DNA of 64,000 bases, from NCBI RefSeq assembly GCF_026571515.1, contig NW_026857083.1, positions 1 through 64,000 on the forward strand, read 5' to 3'. The notes under the pieces are model-generated. The model was given only the letters and a program-made list of their open reading frames with translations. It had not been told where the DNA came from and made no database searches. A program made the translations under genes and the position numbers. How positions within the stretch are numbered: position 1 is the stretch's first letter; every line of letters starts with the position of its first letter. The DNA comes from Ruditapes philippinarum (lineage: Eukaryota). Shown in pieces: positions 62,612-64,000 of this stretch.

Positions 62612-64000
62612 TACATACTCACGCAAATTTCAGTGGTAGCTCGTGTGGTATCTTGTATGACAGATAAATCAAATTCAGATCGTGTAATTCGCTAAAACCA
62701 TAGAATATGTATTTATTTTCCTCGGCTCAAAATTTTCAACCGCCATATTACACGCATGCGCATTAAATATATGTATGTCTTTCTTTCATTAGAAATGCTT
62801 GTTTTCCAATCCATATATATTGTGATGTAAAAATGTTACATGCTTGTAAAAATTGATGAATAAAATATGTTTAAACTAAAATATTTATCATAAAATAAGG
62901 GACTGAGTGAAGTTAGGCTGGAACTCTACAAAAGACCAACTTCAAGAACTAAATTTTAACGAATTTACGGTTTCAGCTTCATGAACTAATGAATTCAACT
63001 AGATAACTATACAAATTAACGAAATCAACTTCAAATAAATCTAGAACTAATAGTGTTGAAAAGATGACTTTATAAATCCATGAAGTTAAAACTCGTGAAT
63101 TTATGAAGTTAAAATGAGCTGAAATCGTGAAGTTCAAACGTGAAAAGTTGAAATCGTTTATTAATGACGCTGACATTGTCCTAAAATTCATGAGTTCAAT
63201 ATATCTAAATCACGAAATTCATAAAATTGAAATCATGAATTCCTGAAATAGCATTAGTTAAAGTGCCCCTACCGGTCTTTCGTAATAAACCCACATTTTC
63301 ACTCGGCCTTATTCTATTGCACTTGGCTACATCATTCAACAAATAGATGTATAATTAAGATTGACAATCAGGAGAAATCATATTGTGACTATGATGACAA
63401 GTTTATAGAAATCCTCTCATGATATGTATCTAAACAATCAATGATCTGATACATAAAAACACTACTAAATACTTGGGTGGCCCATATAACGTGATTTCTC
63501 AATGGCGATTCAATGCCGGACACTGACCAAAACGTTTGTAGCTTGAACCAAAATGTCTCCATTTTCATTAACAAGTTGACCGCAAACGATGTAATCAAAA
63601 TAAAAACTATATAAAATCTGCCAAATTCATACTTATATAAATACATTTTTCGCGCGCTTTTGCGGGGACTACACTTCTATTTTTTTTTTTTACAAAACTA
63701 TCATTCATAAATGGAACATACAAGTATGGTCATACGACATAACATAGCAATGACGAATACGGAACATAATTAGCGCAAACTCCCGTACTAATTATATAAA
63801 AAAATTCAGCGACTTGCTGATAGAAAAATACATTTTTATATTAACAAACAAACAAACAAAACACAGCAGAATTATAACAAGACCAGATCAGACGCCTTTT
63901 CATTATTTATTTATTTTACTGACAAAGATCAGTCGGCAAGTACAAAATGGCTGACGCCATATACGAATTGTTACGTAACAATAGTGACTTTGAAACATGG

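Larger units (their letters stand above)
59189..62763 (-). mobile_element. Non-LTR retrotransposon (RTE-X-like LINE), internally deleted, in sense orientation within the NBEA intron
   Basis: RT motifs (PKKGD..NYRGITL, QFGFRKGRST, FIDFKKAFD, GVKQGEPLSP, LFADD, YLG). C-terminal RICLRC..VENEYHFLLVC zinc finger. 3' tail AATAAA followed by (TTGAAAC)2 at about 59212-59189. The clade call comes from my recall of RTE-X C-termini. Confidence 0.9.

Noticed and set aside
59170-62790. Target-site duplication for the LINE
   Set aside because: I could not find a convincing direct repeat at the two flanks, so the exact ends are approximate.
54195-64000. Mab21 coding sequence in the window
   Set aside because: No long + strand ORF or Mab21-like peptide is present; if it exists it lies beyond 64000.

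Overview
This is AT-rich animal genomic DNA, not prokaryotic. The repeat families resemble those of bivalve molluscs, but the taxon is only inferred. The main gene is the 3' part of a neurobeachin/LRBA orthologue (NBEA; rugose/sel-2 family) on the minus strand. I traced 18 GT-AG exons by hand from 54194 to a TAG stop at 29280. They total 2265 nt (754 aa), keep phase at every junction, and encode the end of the PH domain, the BEACH domain and the WD40 repeats. A probable ~4.8 kb 3' UTR carries two minisatellites. Upstream of the first visible exon is an intron of more than 9.8 kb that is CpG-rich, unlike the CpG-depleted gene body. It probably corresponds to the intron that hosts a nested Mab21 gene in other animals, but no Mab21 ORF is in this window. 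That intron holds a young RTE-X-like LINE whose ORF1 is fused in frame to an endonuclease-less reverse transcriptase. Other content: tRNA-derived SINEs, at least six Helentron-type non-autonomous elements (five with internal arrays of ~140-170 bp units), several MITEs, a five-element nested transposon cluster at 19.4-23.9 kb, a 148-N gap, and weak traces of a possible decayed plus-strand gene in the first 24 kb. I did not find a clearly new biological system. The best leads are the ORF1-RT fusion LINE, the CpG boundary at ~54 kb, the nested TE cluster and the satellite-carrying Helentron elements.
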